Under the pieces are notes generated by a model. It was not told where the DNA came from and searched no databases. It was given only the letters and a program-made list of their open reading frames with translations. Shown here in pieces: positions 43,094-57,109 of a stretch of DNA of 64,000 nt; position 1 is the first letter of the stretch; each line of letters opens with the position of its first letter. Origin of the DNA: Phyllobates terribilis (taxonomy: Eukaryota); assembly GCF_046119375.1 (NCBI RefSeq), contig NW_027362773.1:228656001-228720000 (forward strand), in the 5' to 3' direction. Made by a program: the position numbers and the translations under genes.

Positions 43094-44574
43094 ATGACAA
43101 CTTATTCAATATGATGACCTAATGTTATCAAATTCTGTGTCGTACCTCTGGGTTCAAAATGTTCACTATACCCCTTGATAAAATCCTGGAGGGGTGTAGC
43201 TTCCAAAATGGAGTCACTGGGGGGAGGGTGGGGTGGTTTCCACTATTTAGGCACATCAGGGGCTCCCCAAACGCAACCTGTTACCCTTGTGAAAATGCAA
43301 AATTGGGGGCTGAAAAACATTTTTGTTGAAAAAATGTGAAAATTGTATTTTTACGGTTCAATGTTATAAACTTCTGCGAAGCACCTGGGGGTTCAGGGTG
43401 CTCATCACACATCTAGATAAGTTCCCTAAGGGGTCTAGTTTCCAAAATGGTGTCACTTGTGGGGGGTTTCCACTGTTTAGGCACATCAGGGGCTCCCCAA
43501 ACACAACATGGTGTCCGCTAATTAGTCAAGCAAATTTTACATTCAAAAAGTCAAATGGCACTCCTTCCCTTCCAAACCCAGCCGTGCGCCCAAACAGTGC
43601 TTTTTGCCCACATATGGGGTATCTGCATGCTCAGGGGAAATTGCACAACAAATTTTGGGGTCCATTTTTTCCTGTTACCCCTGCGAAAATAAAAAAATTT
43701 GGGTCTAAAGTAACATTTTTGTGAAAAAAGTTAAAAGTTCATTTTTTTCCTCCACACTCCAAAAATTCCTGTGAAGCACCTGAAGGGTTAATAAACTTCT
43801 TGAATGTGGTTTTGAGCACCTTGAGGGTGCAGTTTTTAGAATGGTGTCACTTTTGGGTATTTCTGTCATAAAGGCCCCTCAAAGTCACGTCAAATGTGAT
43901 GTGGTCTCTAAAAAAATGGTTTTGTAAATATTGTTGTTAAAATGAGAAATCGCTGGTCAACTTTTAACCCTTATAGCTCCCTACTTAAAAAAAAAATTGT
44001 TCCAAAATTGTGCTGATGCAAAGTAGGCATGTGGGAAATGTTATTTATTAACTCTTTTCTGTGACATATCTCTTTGATTTAAAGGCATAAAAATTTTCAA
44101 AATTTTCGCCAAATTTCTGATTTTTTTCACAAATAAACGCAAGTGATATCGAAGAAATTTTACCACTATCATGAAGTACAATATGTCACGAAAAAACAGT
44201 CTCAGAATCAGGGTGATCCGTTGAAGAGTTCCAGAGTAATTACCTCATAAATTGACAGTGGTCAGAATTGTAAAAATTGGACTAGTCATTAACGTGCAAA
44301 CCACCCTCTGGGGTAAAGGGGTTAAAGGGAAAAATCTCACAATATTTACATTAACAATTATTAATTTTAGAACAATGTACAAATAATTTTTGTTTTTATC
44401 GTTTATACTGTTTCTTCATCACTGGGGGCAGCCATTTTTATCTGCTTGTGTTTGTTTGAGCACGACGCTTACAGCAAATATGGCAGCCTCAGGCCACAGG
44501 AAATTGTGGAAGGCGTCCGACCTCGCCTGTCTTGTGGCTGCCACAACTGTGGGGGAGCTAGAAGCCATTTAATT

Positions 44575-45051
44575 ATATTATCACTGTACGTTCCAAAATG
44601 ATACATAGCACTTCAATAACACTTGAAAGTTCATAAGTCTGTGACATAAAATATCACAGACAAAGAAGAAATCTATGATTATAATAAAATTCAAATTTTA
44701 TTAAATTACATAATAAAAATGACAATAAAATCATTTAAAAAACAAGGATACCTCAAAAAAGTGCAGACCATTAGATTGTGACTATCAGATTAGTAACATG
44801 CAGAAGTATATGTTAGAATAGGAAAGAATTAATAAATGATTAAGTGCTAGTGCAATATATTCTTCCTATAAGTTAATAATTACCCGCAGTTTATAAATTG
44901 TATAAAGTCTTTTTTCTATTGACATTCCCATTTCATCACATACATGATTTTATTGTCATTTTTATTATGTAATTTTATAACATTAGAATTTCATTATAAT
45001 CATAGAGCTCTTCCTTGTCTGTGATATTTTATGTCACAGGCTTATGAACTT
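44575..45051. mobile_element. Unclassified 477-bp insertion with 108-bp inverted repeats and an 11-bp TSD
   Basis: Arms 44627-44734 / 44944-45051; GCCATTTAATT at 44564-44574 and 45052-45062. Confidence 0.7.
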
Positions 45052-45339
45052 GCCATTTAATTGTAGCCCAGCGCTAATCAACACTGGGAAATCCTGACAG
45101 CCTGGACAAATCCTTTACAGCAGAGTTCAGACGAGCCGATTCCATCTAGAAAACACGGAGGATTTTCATCTCGATTGTTTTTCAGTATTCTGTCCATGTG
45201 TCATCATTATGTCCAGTTTTATCAGCAACGTGCGAAACCTTAATCGTTAAATAATATAGACGTAACCGTAAAAAATGTATGTATGTAGGGTCAGTGTGTA
45301 TATATTCTGTACTGTGAGTATACTTTTAAAGAGATATGT

Positions 45340-46333
45340 GATATAGTGAAACACTGCTCCGTACACCTCGTACACACACGGCTCTGCTCCGTAAACCTTG
45401 TAGACACGCAGCTCCGCTCCGTACACGTGCAGCTCCGCACACCTCGTACACGCACTGCTCCGCACCATACACCTCGTACATGCACGGCTTTGCTCCATAC
45501 ACATTGTATACACGCGGCTCCGCTCAGTACACCTCGTACACACATGGCGCGGCTCCGTACACCTTGTACACCCCATACACACGCAGCTCCGCTCCGTACA
45601 CCTTGTACACCTCATAGACACGCGGCTCCGCTCCGTACACCTCGTAGACACGCGGCTCCGCTCCGTACACATGCGGCTCCGCTCCGTACACCCCGTACAC
45701 ACGCGGCTCCGCTCCGTACACCCCATACACACGCGGCTCCGCTCCGTACACACGTGGCTCCGCTCCGTACACCTCGTAGACACGCGGCTCTGCTCCGTAC
45801 ACGTGCGGCTCCGCACACCTCGTACACGCATGGCTTTGCTCCGTACACATTGTACACACACACTGCTCCGCTCACCTCGTACACACGCGGCTCCGCTCTG
45901 TACACCTCATACACACGCGGCTCCGCTCTGTACACCTCATACACACGCGGCTCCGCTCTGTACACCTCATACACACGCGGCTCCGCTCTGTACACCTCAT
46001 ACACACGCGGCTCCGCTCTGTACACCTCATACACACGCGGCTCCGCTCTGTACACCTCATACACACGCGGCTCCGCTCTGTACACCTCATACACACGCGG
46101 CTCCGCTCTGTACACCTCATACACACGCGGCTCCGCTCTGTACACCTCATACACACGCGGCTCCGCTCTGTACACCTCATACACACGCGGCTCCGCTCTG
46201 TACACCTCATACACACGCGGCTCCGCTCCGTACACCTCATACACACGCGGCTCCGCTCCGTACACCTCATACACACGCGGCTCCGCTCCGTACACCTCGT
46301 ACACACGTGGCTCCGTTCCATACAACTCGTACA
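45340..46333. repeat. 30-bp minisatellite (TACACCTCATACACACGCGGCTCCGCTCTG)
   Basis: About eleven identical units at about 45890-46225, with degenerate units upstream. Confidence 0.95.
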
Positions 46334-46335
46334 TA

Positions 46336-47939
<1,604 letters not shown>

Positions 47940-47941
47940 TA

Positions 47942-48135
47942 CATGGCTCCGCTCCGTACACCTCGTACACGCACGCCTCCGCTCCGTACACCTCGTACAC
48001 GCACGCCTCCGCTCCGTACACCTCGTACACGCACGCCTCCGCTCCGTACACCTCGTACACGCACGCCTCCGCTCCGTACACCTCGTACACGCACGCCTCC
48101 GCTCCGTACACCTCGTACACGCACGCCTCTGCTAC
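47942..48135. repeat. 30-bp minisatellite continuation (GCTCCGTACACCTCGTACACGCACGCCTCC x6)
   Basis: Six tandem units at 47951-48130. Confidence 0.95.
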
Positions 48136-48504
48136 ATCCACATATAAACTTCAGCTCATCCAGCACCATGACAACCAGCACAGCAGAGTCCTGCATACAC
48201 TGAGGCCCCTGATCATGTGACCGCTGACTCCTCCCCTCCTGTGACCTCATCACAGGTCCTGTGCGCACAGATCAGCCATATATGTGGTGGCGGCTCTGCA
48301 GGAGGAGGTATGTTCAGATTCCCCATTACTGGACGCAGGGGGCATTAACCCCTTCAGCACTGAGACTCTTTTGGGGTCTTGTGTTGCCCCTTTATAGGAA
48401 TCATTAACGTTTTTGTTCTGTTACCAGTAATAGATACATACGCCCCAACTATGGAGACAGGAAGTGAGGAAACGTGTTGTTCTCATAGTACAGGACCCTT
48501 TATT

Positions 48505-49110
48505 GGCCCCCACACAGTGTAATGCCCCCATTATGCCCCTTATGCAGAATGTGTAATGCCCCCATTATGCCCCTTATGCAGTATGTATGATGCCCCCCAC
48601 ACAGTGTAATGCCCCCATTATGCCCCTTTTGCAGGATGTATGATACACTCTTGGGGGCAATGCCCCTAATGCAGGATGTATGATGCCCCCCACACAGTGT
48701 AATGCTACATAAGGGGTATAATGGCATGTATGATGCCTCCACACAGTGTAATGCCCCTTATGTAGCATGTATGATGCCTACACACAGTGTAATGCCCCCA
48801 TTATGCTCCTTATGCAGGATGTATGATGCCCCCCACAAAGTGTAATGCCCCCATTATGCCCCTTATGTAGCATGTATGATGCCTCCACACAGTGCAATGC
48901 CTCCATTATGCCCCTTATGTAGCATGTGTGATGCCTCCACACAGTGTAATGCCTCCATTATGCCCCTTATGTAGCATGTATGATGCCCCCCACAAAGTGT
49001 TATGCCCCTTATGTAGCATGTATGATGCCTCCACACAGTGTAATGCCCCCATTATGCCCCTTATGTAGCATGTATGATGCCTCCACACAGTGTAATGCCG
49101 CCATTATGCC
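48505..49110. repeat. About 50-bp minisatellite (CCACACAGTGTAATGCCCCCATTATGCCCCTTATG..ATGTATGATGCC)
   Basis: Imperfect tandem copies visible directly. Confidence 0.85.
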
Positions 49111-50592
49111 CCTGTAATCAGGTGACCGGATGTAACACAGACCAACACAAAGCCTCTATCCGTATGTTACTTTATCTACTGGATACAACTACTGGCATGC
49201 GCAGTTACGGGTACGAGTGGCGAGGCAGCAATCAGTTTATCTGGTGTTTTAGTGTGAAGCACGTCACTTCCGGACAGTGGCGTACATAGAAACCATGGGG
49301 CCCCATAGCAAATGTCCTAATTGGGTTCCTCTTCCCTCTCGGTGGAGTAAATGGGGTCACGGCACATAGGAGAAGTCACAAAATGGTGTGACTCATAAAT
49401 TTAAAAACAGAGAGGTACATGTATTACAGTAAATACAGAGTAATGTTGCTCCTATTGAATCCCCTTTACTGTTCTCACCCACACCAATGTCCCTGTTATA
49501 GCTCCTCAGAGTATGATGCCTCCAAAAATGCATCTAACGCATTGCATGATACCCCCACACCCACAGTATGATGATCTCAGTGTCCCCAAAATAATATGAT
49601 GTCCCACAAGTAAATACATCCACAATATGAGGCCCCCATATCACCTCACACAGTATAATACCCCACCAGTACAATTCCACCCACACACTGTATGAACACT
49701 CCCACAATGATCCCCACCACAGAGTATGATGGCCCCCTATAAGTACTGACTGATAAAAGAAAGGAAAATACTACTTTCCTAGATAGGTTCCCCTCTTGCG
49801 CTGCTCCACTCTGTGCTGCTTGTGGACTGAAGCTCCGTACAGCAGGAGACTTAGGCCACGGCCCCACTATCAGTATTTGGTCAGTATTTTTTGTCAGGAG
49901 TGGAAGCCAAAACCAGGAGTGGGTGATAAATGCAGAATTGGTGCAATTGTTTCTATTATACCTTTCTCTGATTGTTCCTCATCTGGTTTTGACTCCCATT
50001 CCTGAGAAAAAAATACTGACCGAATATTGATAGTGGGGCCGTGGCCTTAGACAGACAAGCTGAATGATGCAGATCAGTACTGACAGCTGCCTGTTCCACC
50101 ATTGTGTTCATTGTTGTACTGGGGTACATAGGACCCACCAGTGATATTGATTCCTGGGACCCACCTTAGCCGTACATGATAACAATGACCTAGAAGTGGA
50201 ACGCAAATATACATTTCTTTAAGCTTCCACTTCTGATCATACATATTGTTGCATGGCAGGAAATAGAAGAGGCATTTGCGGCTATGAGCTCCCTCCATGT
50301 TGGGGAGATAAATATGTTTTACACATGGAGTTCAGCTTCTCCTGCTGCCCTATACTGATCATGCAGATCAGTGCCAGGCAGAAGAGAATTGTGCAAATAT
50401 GAGCATATGGAAAGTACTCGAAATGATCAGGCATCAGGCAGAACTCTTCATGAGCTCTCTGCCCTATTATGAAGGAAATGAACAAAGGGGTTGGAACCAT
50501 AAGACCCAGTCTTTTAAACTAGATTTTTTTTCTTGCTAAAAATTGTATCCTATAGTCCTAAAATTATAATATATAGAAAAAAAAAACTTTAA

Positions 50593-51270
50593 TGGAGTTG
50601 TCATAAATAAAGAAAATGATGCACACGGGTAGCGATCAATACTCACCCTTGTAGCATGACAGTGCCATGTCTCTGATGCTTCTATTCACATGGCCGCAGA
50701 TGGATATGCATATTTTGCAGCTTGTCAGTAGCATTCAGCTCAAGACCACAAGGCCAGTGATTGGCAGCCATTGTAAGCAGAAGTATCAGGAGATGCCAGG
50801 AGCTAGAAAGATGAGCACTTATGAGTTTATTAACAGGGTTGTCCAGACAAAAGGTGCTCATTACCTGGTGGCCAGATTCTGTAAAAATAACAAAATAAAT
50901 CATATTCCCCTGCTGTCCCCCTCCTGGATCCATCGCAGGCCGCCCCGTGGTTTGCATTAGCATCAATGATGCCACCGCTCTACCAGACACACGACTGCTG
51001 CAGCTTGTGATACATACAGTTCAAGTCACCTGACCGCTGCCACCTATCACAAGATTCAGTGTTCCTGTGTCTGGTAGAATGGTGACATCATTTATGCTGG
51101 AGCAGACCATAGATCAATCTGTGCTGGATCCAGAAGAGTGACAGCAGGTGAGTAGAATTTATTTTGTTATTTGTACAAAATCTAGCCGCATTAAAACCTT
51201 TTACCCAGACAATCTACCGAACATGTATTACTTCTGATGTGCAGCGATTTCATTATTTTGGACAACCTCT
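50593..51270. mobile_element. Kolobok/T2-type MITE (TTAA-flanked), degenerate
   Basis: TTAA|TGGAGTTGTC ... GGACAACCTCT|TTAA. Confidence 0.5.
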
Positions 51271-51982
51271 TTAACCCTTTCTTCCCAGAGCCATAACTTT
51301 TTTTTATTTTTCCATCAATATGGCCATGTGAGGGCTTATTTTTTGAGGGCCAAGTTGTACTTTTGAACAACACCATTGGTTTTGCCATATCTTGTATTGG
51401 AAAATGGGTGAAAAAATTCCAAGTGCAGTGAAATTGCAAAAACTGTGAATTTCCACAATTGTTTTTTGGGTATTTTTTTACCATGTTCACTAAATGCTAA
51501 AACTGGCCTGCCATTATGATTCTCCTGGTCATTATGAGTTCATAGATACCAAACATGTATAGGTTCTTTTTTATTGAAGTGGTGAAAAAAAACAACAAAG
51601 TTTGTTTAAAAAAAAAAAAAAGAAACATTTTCCAAGACCCATAGCGTCTCCATTTTTCGTTATCTGGGGCTGGGTGAGGGCTAAGTTTTTGCGTGCTGAA
51701 TGGACGCTTTTATTGGTACCATTTTCGTGTAGATACTATGTTTTGATCGCCCGTTATTGCATTTTATTGCAATGTTGCGGCAACCAAAAAAACGTAATTC
51801 TGACCTTCTGATTTTTTTCGCGTTACACCATTTACCCATCGGATTAATTCTTTTTTTATATTGATATATCGGGCGATTCTGAACGCAGCGATACCAAACG
51901 TGTATTTTTTTTTATTTTTTTTATTTTGAAAGGGGGCTGATTTGAATATATATAATATATATATATATAATATATATATATA

Positions 51983-53612
51983 CAGTACAGACCAAAAGTT
52001 TGGATACACCTTCTCATTTAGAGATTTTTCTGTATTTTCATGACTATGAAAATTGTATATTCACACTGAAGGCATCAAAACTATGAATTAACACATGTGG
52101 AATTATATACTTAACAAAAAAGTGTGAAACAACTGAAAATATGTCTTATATTCTAGGTTCTTCAAAGTAGCCACCTTTTGCTTTGATGACTGCTTTGCAC
52201 ACTCTTGGCATTCTCTTGATGAGCTTCAAGAGGTAGTCACCGGAAATGGTTTTCACTTCACAGGTGTGCCCTGTCAGGTTTAATAAGTGGGATTTCTTGC
52301 CTTATAAATGGGGTTGGGACCATCAGTTGTGTTGTGCAGAAGTCTGGTGGATACACAGCTGATAGTCCTACTGAATAGACTGTTAGCTGCTTTTTTCTTG
52401 CAATAATACAAATTCTAAGAAAAGAAAAACGAGTGGCCATCATTACTTTAAGAAATGAAGGTCAGTCTGTCCGAAAAATTGGGCAAACTCTGAAAGTGTC
52501 CCCAAGTGCAGTTGCAAAAACCATCAAACGCTACAAAGAAACTGGCTCACATGAGGACCACCCCAGGAAAGGAAGACCAAGAGTCACCTCTGCTTCTGAG
52601 GATAAGTTTATCCGAGTCATCAGCCTCAGAAATCGCAGGTTAACAGCAGCTCAGATTAGAGACCAGGTCAATGCCACACAGAGTTCTAGCAGCAGACACA
52701 TCTCTTCAACAACTGTTAAGAGGAGACTTTGTGCAGCAGGCATTCATGGTAAAATAGCTGCTAGGAAACCACTGCTAAGGACAGGCAACAAGCAGAAGAG
52801 ACTTGTTTGGGCTAAAGGACACAAGGAATGGACATTAGACCAGTGGAAATCTGTGCTTTGGTCTGATGAGTCCAAATTTGAGATCTTTGGTTCCAACAAC
52901 CGTGTCTTTGTGCGACTCAGAAAAGGTGAACGGATGGACTCTACATGCCTGGTTCCCACCGTGAAGCATGGAGGAGGAGGTGTGATGGTGTGGGGGTGCT
53001 TTGCTGGTGACACTGTTGGGTATTTATTCACAATTGAAGGCATCCTGAACCAGCATGGCTACCACAGCATCTTGCGGTGGCATGCTATTCCATCCGGTTT
53101 GCGTTTAGTTGGACCATCATTTATTTTTCAACAGGACAATGACCCCAAACACACCTCCAGGCTGTGTAAGGGCTATTTGACCAAGAGGGAGAGTGATGGG
53201 GTGCTACACCAGATGACCTGGCCTCCACAGTCACCAGACCTGAACCCAATCGAGATGGTTTGGAGTGAGCTGGACCGCAGATTGAAGGCAAAAGGGCCAA
53301 CAAGTGCTAAGCATCTCTGGGAACTCCTTCAAGATTGTTGGAAGACCATTTCCGGTGACTGCCTCTTGAAGCTCGTCAAGAGAATGCCAAGACTGTGCAA
53401 AGCAGTCATCAAAGCAAAAGATGGCTACTTTGAAGAACCTAGAATATAAGACATATTTTCAGTTGTTTCACACTTTTTTGTTAAGTATATAATTCCACAT
53501 GTGTTAATTCATAGTTTTGATGCATTCAGTGTGAATGTACAATTTTCAAAGTCATGAAAATACAGAAAAATCTTTAAATGAGAAGGTGTGTCCAAACTTT
53601 TGGTCTGTACTG
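51983..53612 (+). mobile_element. Full-length Tc1-related DD38E (Intruder-type) transposon
   Basis: TA TSD; about 200-bp TIRs CAGTACAGACCAAAAGTTTGG / CCAAACTTTTGGTCTGTACTG; 38 residues between the second D (QQD) and E (NPIE). Confidence 0.93.
52433..53449 (+). CDS. DD38E transposase; 338 uninterrupted codons but the native start is lost through a micro-inversion
   Basis: Paired-like [30 protein letters not shown]. The N-terminal ARKKQL is found on the opposite strand at 52387-52414. Confidence 0.8.
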   Translation: MAIITLRNEGQSVRKIGQTLKVSPSAVAKTIKRYKETGSHEDHPRKGRPRVTSASEDKFIRVISLRNRRLTAAQIRDQVNATQSSSSRHISSTTVKRRLCAAGIHGKIAARKPLLRTGNKQKRLVWAKGHKEWTLDQWKSVLWSDESKFEIFGSNNRVFVRLRKGERMDSTCLVPTVKHGGGGVMVWGCFAGDTVGYLFTIEGILNQHGYHSILRWHAIPSGLRLVGPSFIFQQDNDPKHTSRLCKGYLTKRESDGVLHQMTWPPQSPDLNPIEMVWSELDRRLKAKGPTSAKHLWELLQDCWKTISGDCLLKLVKRMPRLCKAVIKAKDGYFEEPRI

Positions 53613-55477
53613 TATATATATATATGTGTGTGTTAATATCTTTAAAAACATTTTTTTCTCGCTGTACACTTGCTTCAGTAGTCTCCATGGGAGACTAGAA
53701 GCTGCGATCGTCTGATCTCCAGTGTTACATATAGCAGGGCTTCCTTCCTGCAGAGATCTGTCTATCGCTGGCAGTAGGTGGAGGGGAAGCTGCCAGGGAC
53801 CCACCTGTCTGACTAGTCTACAGCACAGTCTGGTCCTCAGCTGCTAATAAAGTGTTTTTCTTTGAAATGCCACAGTTTTGGAGTCAGATATACCTGGCTG
53901 GGATCATACAGCTGGTGCTTGATAAATGCAGCCCACAGTTTGGGCAGCATTTATCAGGTTCACTTTGGGCCACTTTCAGACACGTCAGTGTCTCCAGTTC
54001 GTGTGGTTACCGTTTCCTGACGTACCGTAGACACATACACACTTAGACCCATTCAAATCAATGGGTCTGTGCACAAGTCAGTGTGTTTCCAGAGACCGTG
54101 TGTCCATGGGCAAGACATGTTGACATGTCTGTTTTTTTTTGCGCTGCATGTGCCGTAAAATGTCCCACACATCCATGTGTCATCAATGTGACTCGTACCG
54201 GCGCCTGGGAATCAGCTGTACAGTTAGCGCTGTTCCTAAGCGCCGGGTGCTGAACGCTGCCTTCATCATTGTCCCCTGTCGGCGCTGCGATCAGTGCGAG
54301 CAAGGGACAATGGTGAGAGTAGTATTCTACTCCAGCTGTGTCCTGGGGTAAAAATAAGAATAGAATAAAAAAAATTGTTATACTCACCTGTCCGAAGATG
54401 TCCCCTGCTGTAATCCACCTGACCGCTCACGCCAAGGAGCCGGGGAGAATGACTCGTTCCAGCAAGCGGGCCCCGGAGCTGCGCTGAGCTCAGTGAGTGA
54501 GTGACAGGACACCGTTAGCTGTAGGAGTCAGTCTTCCCGGCTCCTCGGCATGAGCGGTCAGATATATTACAGCGGGGGACACTTAAAATAGGTGAGTATA
54601 AAGAATTTTTTCATTTTATTCTTATTTTTACAGTTGGAGACAGTGGGAGCAGAATACTATTGTCGTCATTAACCCATGCTGGTGCTGATCGCAGCGCCGG
54701 CAGGGGACTATGATGAGCGCAGCGTTCAGCACCCGGCGCTTGGGAACCCCACTAAGTGTACCGCTGATTCCCAGGCGCCGGAACATGTGATCCTGATGTT
54801 GCCACACAGGTGCAGTCGGAAACGGATATCTCCTGTACTGGCTTTTCTGCTACCACAAATATCAGGACTTGTGAAACCTGCCTTAAATAAATTTATTCAT
54901 CTGTATGTTCACAAGCGGCACTTTAGCCCCACCACATGTGCCTTTTCTTAAACTTGTAATGGACCTGAAATGCTGTATATGACCATATGTGAATACATGG
55001 ATGTACTAAGTACATGTGCATCACATACAGATATGTACACAGATACATGGACATAACACACATAGAAACACACACACATATATGCACACAAATTACACAT
55101 GCACTTACCCTCTCTGCAGATGATGCGTGCGGCTTACCAGCTTCTTCATCCTGTACCCTGTACTTATGTCTTCTCTGTGGTGCAGCCTTCCCTTCACCTG
55201 GGGCCCGACTGCAGAGCTCTCCTGCTGTAATTGCAGGGCAGAAGGCAGGAGAGGGAGAGCGGAGTATTATTATACAGAGCGGGGTGGGGGCCGGGAGAGC
55301 TGTGACCATACTGTAAGCTGCTTCTCTGCTCTGCTGGAACCCCGAGCTGGTGGGCTTATCCTCCTCTTCTGCTCTAACAGAGCACTGAGAGCAGAGATAG
55401 ATGCTGGGAAAGGAAGTTGTTTCTGCTCTCTCTGGAGTCACGACAAACCAGTAGTATGGATAAAAATGTAGGTTTAT

Positions 55478-55519
55478 TGTTTACGCGTTTCAGAGTCCAC
55501 CGACTCCTTCCTCAGGATA
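55478..55519 (-). ncRNA. Minimal type I hammerhead ribozyme motif (inverted copy, damaged stem I)
   Basis: TATC-CTGAGGA-A-GGAGTC-ggtg-GACTCT-GAAACGCGTA-AACA on the minus strand. Confidence 0.65.
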
Positions 55520-55532
55520 ACCATACATAACC

Positions 55533-55574
55533 TGTCCTGAGGAAGGAGTCGGTGGACTCTGAAACACGTAGACA
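55533..55574 (+). ncRNA. Minimal type I hammerhead ribozyme motif
   Basis: TGTC-CTGAGGA-A-GGAGTC-ggtg-GACTCT-GAAACACGTA-GACA. Confidence 0.75.
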
Positions 55575-56307
55575 ATAAACCTACATTTTTATACATACTA
55601 ATGGTTTGTTGTGACTCCACAGAGCGCAGAAACAACTTCCTTTCCCAGCATCTATCTCTGACATATCCATAGGAAGCTGCAGCATCTGGAGTCCAGGCTT
55701 TACAGGTATTGTATCCCAAACAACCCTACTAGGTGAGCAGTTTTTAATACTTCTGTACCATTTATTAATTGGATAAGACCCTATTGCGCTCTTGCATTTT
55801 TTCATAGAGCACTGAGACAGAGGCATCCTCTACGTGGTGGACACAGTGCAGCCAGAGTAGCAGAGGTAGATCCTTCTCCCGACTCCGGGCCCACGAAATC
55901 CTCCGCTGGTCCTGACGGAGCCTGGTTGTTTTCAACTGTAACTTCATCCTAAGGATGCAGATACTGTTGAAATTCTGATGAAGGTGTGCTGTTACACACT
56001 GAGCCCCCCTGTCTCATGGACCCCATAGCAGCTGTGTGGGCTGCTGCCATGGACGGTATGCCCCTGCTTCCATACATTTACATACCTCCCAACTTTTGGA
56101 GAACAGAAAGAGGGACACATCATGTGGCGTGCATAGTGTGCCGCTGAAAATTTTGGCCACGCCACTGGTCACACCCCAATCAAAGTCCATTCACCATTAT
56201 CTTTCTCCTCCGGCAGGAGGAGTTGTCAGAGGAGCGCTGATAATGAGGGGCATTCAGCAGACGCCCAAGACTGCAGGGTGCAGACCCAAATCCAGGACAT
56301 TTGGGGC

Positions 56308-56453
56308 TAGAGATGAGCGAATGGATTCTCAGGTCCTGTGTCCAGATCAGTGCTACCTGGCGGCTGGATAGGAGGCCGTGAATCTCTAACCATCCGGCGG
56401 CTTTTGATCACCCAGGGCAGTGTGACGTCATCTGTCCACCCTGCTCATTTCTA
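56308..56453. mobile_element. Short hAT-type MITE (TAGAGATGAGC...GCTCATTTCTA)
   Basis: TIR-like ends; flanking 8-mers TTTGGGGC/GTTGGGAC match 6 of 8. Confidence 0.5.
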
Positions 56454-57109
56454 GTTGGGACCTGTGGATTATTTTTTTGATTCTTCATTCACAGTCGGAG
56501 CCGCCACAACTTTCTCCTCTTTATGTAGCCTCACTAAACGACATCTGACTTTTTTTGTGTCTGTAAGGCCGTGTTCACACGTTGCAGAAATACTGTGTTT
56601 TTTGTTTTCTGCAGGATCTGCAGCAAACTACACAATAGCAATATTCTCCCGCTTATTTGTTGCTTTTCTGGTACAGATGTGAAGCTGCATTTTTAATGTG
56701 CTTTTTATAGTACAGAAAAGCTTTGATTCTGCACTTAATAAAGTATCTGCGTTTTTTTTAGGCTCCACATAGAAGCATCTAAAGAATAAAAAGTACCAAA
56801 GCCGCACAATTCAGCGGTGTCCTTGGGCGCACATCGGGCTCCTTTTTTTATTTAAGTAGTTTTTATTATGGATTTTTTACATGAATGGGGTAAAGAAAAA
56901 GGGGGGAGACATATTATAAATACACAGTAATATAGAAAAAGGGGGGGGACATATTATAAATATACAGTAATATAGAAAAAGGGGGGAATTATTATGAATA
57001 CACAGTAATATAGAAGCAAACAAAAACAAAATAAAAGCAACATTTAAAGGGGTGAAAGATATAGGCAACATAATGGGTGGAATAAATTAATCAATTTAAA
57101 ATCTTTGAA

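Larger units (their letters stand above)
41431..44321. mobile_element. Non-autonomous TTAA-flanked (piggyBac-like) element or composite, non-coding
   Basis: TTAA|CCACTT at left and AAAGGGG|TTAA at right; internal repeated blocks (TTGTCCCGCAAAAAACAAGCC), a telomere-like tract and a nested MITE. Confidence 0.6.
51275..53800. mobile_element. Non-autonomous TTAA/piggyBac-like element, inverted relative to 59111-60370, hosting the DD38E element in a (TA)n tract; right end approximate
   Basis: TTAA|CCCTTT start; sequence is the reverse complement of blocks at about 59700-60350. Confidence 0.6.
55391..55805 (+). mobile_element. Short PLE-derived insertion with inverted pseudo-LTR and two head-to-head hammerhead motifs
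   Basis: 126-bp arms 55392-55517 / 55535-55660; candidate 12-bp TSD AGAGCACTGAGA (55379-55390, 55806-55817). Confidence 0.7.

Noticed and set aside
44915-44950. Minus-strand TGATGA...GAAAA as a hammerhead in the 44.6-kb insertion
   Set aside because: No pairing stem II or stem III can be drawn.
45890-46225. Regular repeats as a CRISPR array
   Set aside because: Head-to-tail identical units with no unique spacers, no cas genes, and a eukaryotic context.
50230-50510. Possible host exon in non-repetitive-looking sequence
   Set aside because: No recognisable protein motif or convincing splice pair; a transcript alignment would be needed.
54923-55441. 172-aa minus-strand ORF with a GTAAGC donor-like site
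   Set aside because: Low-complexity (CA-rich) translation; donor-like motifs are frequent inside local MITEs.
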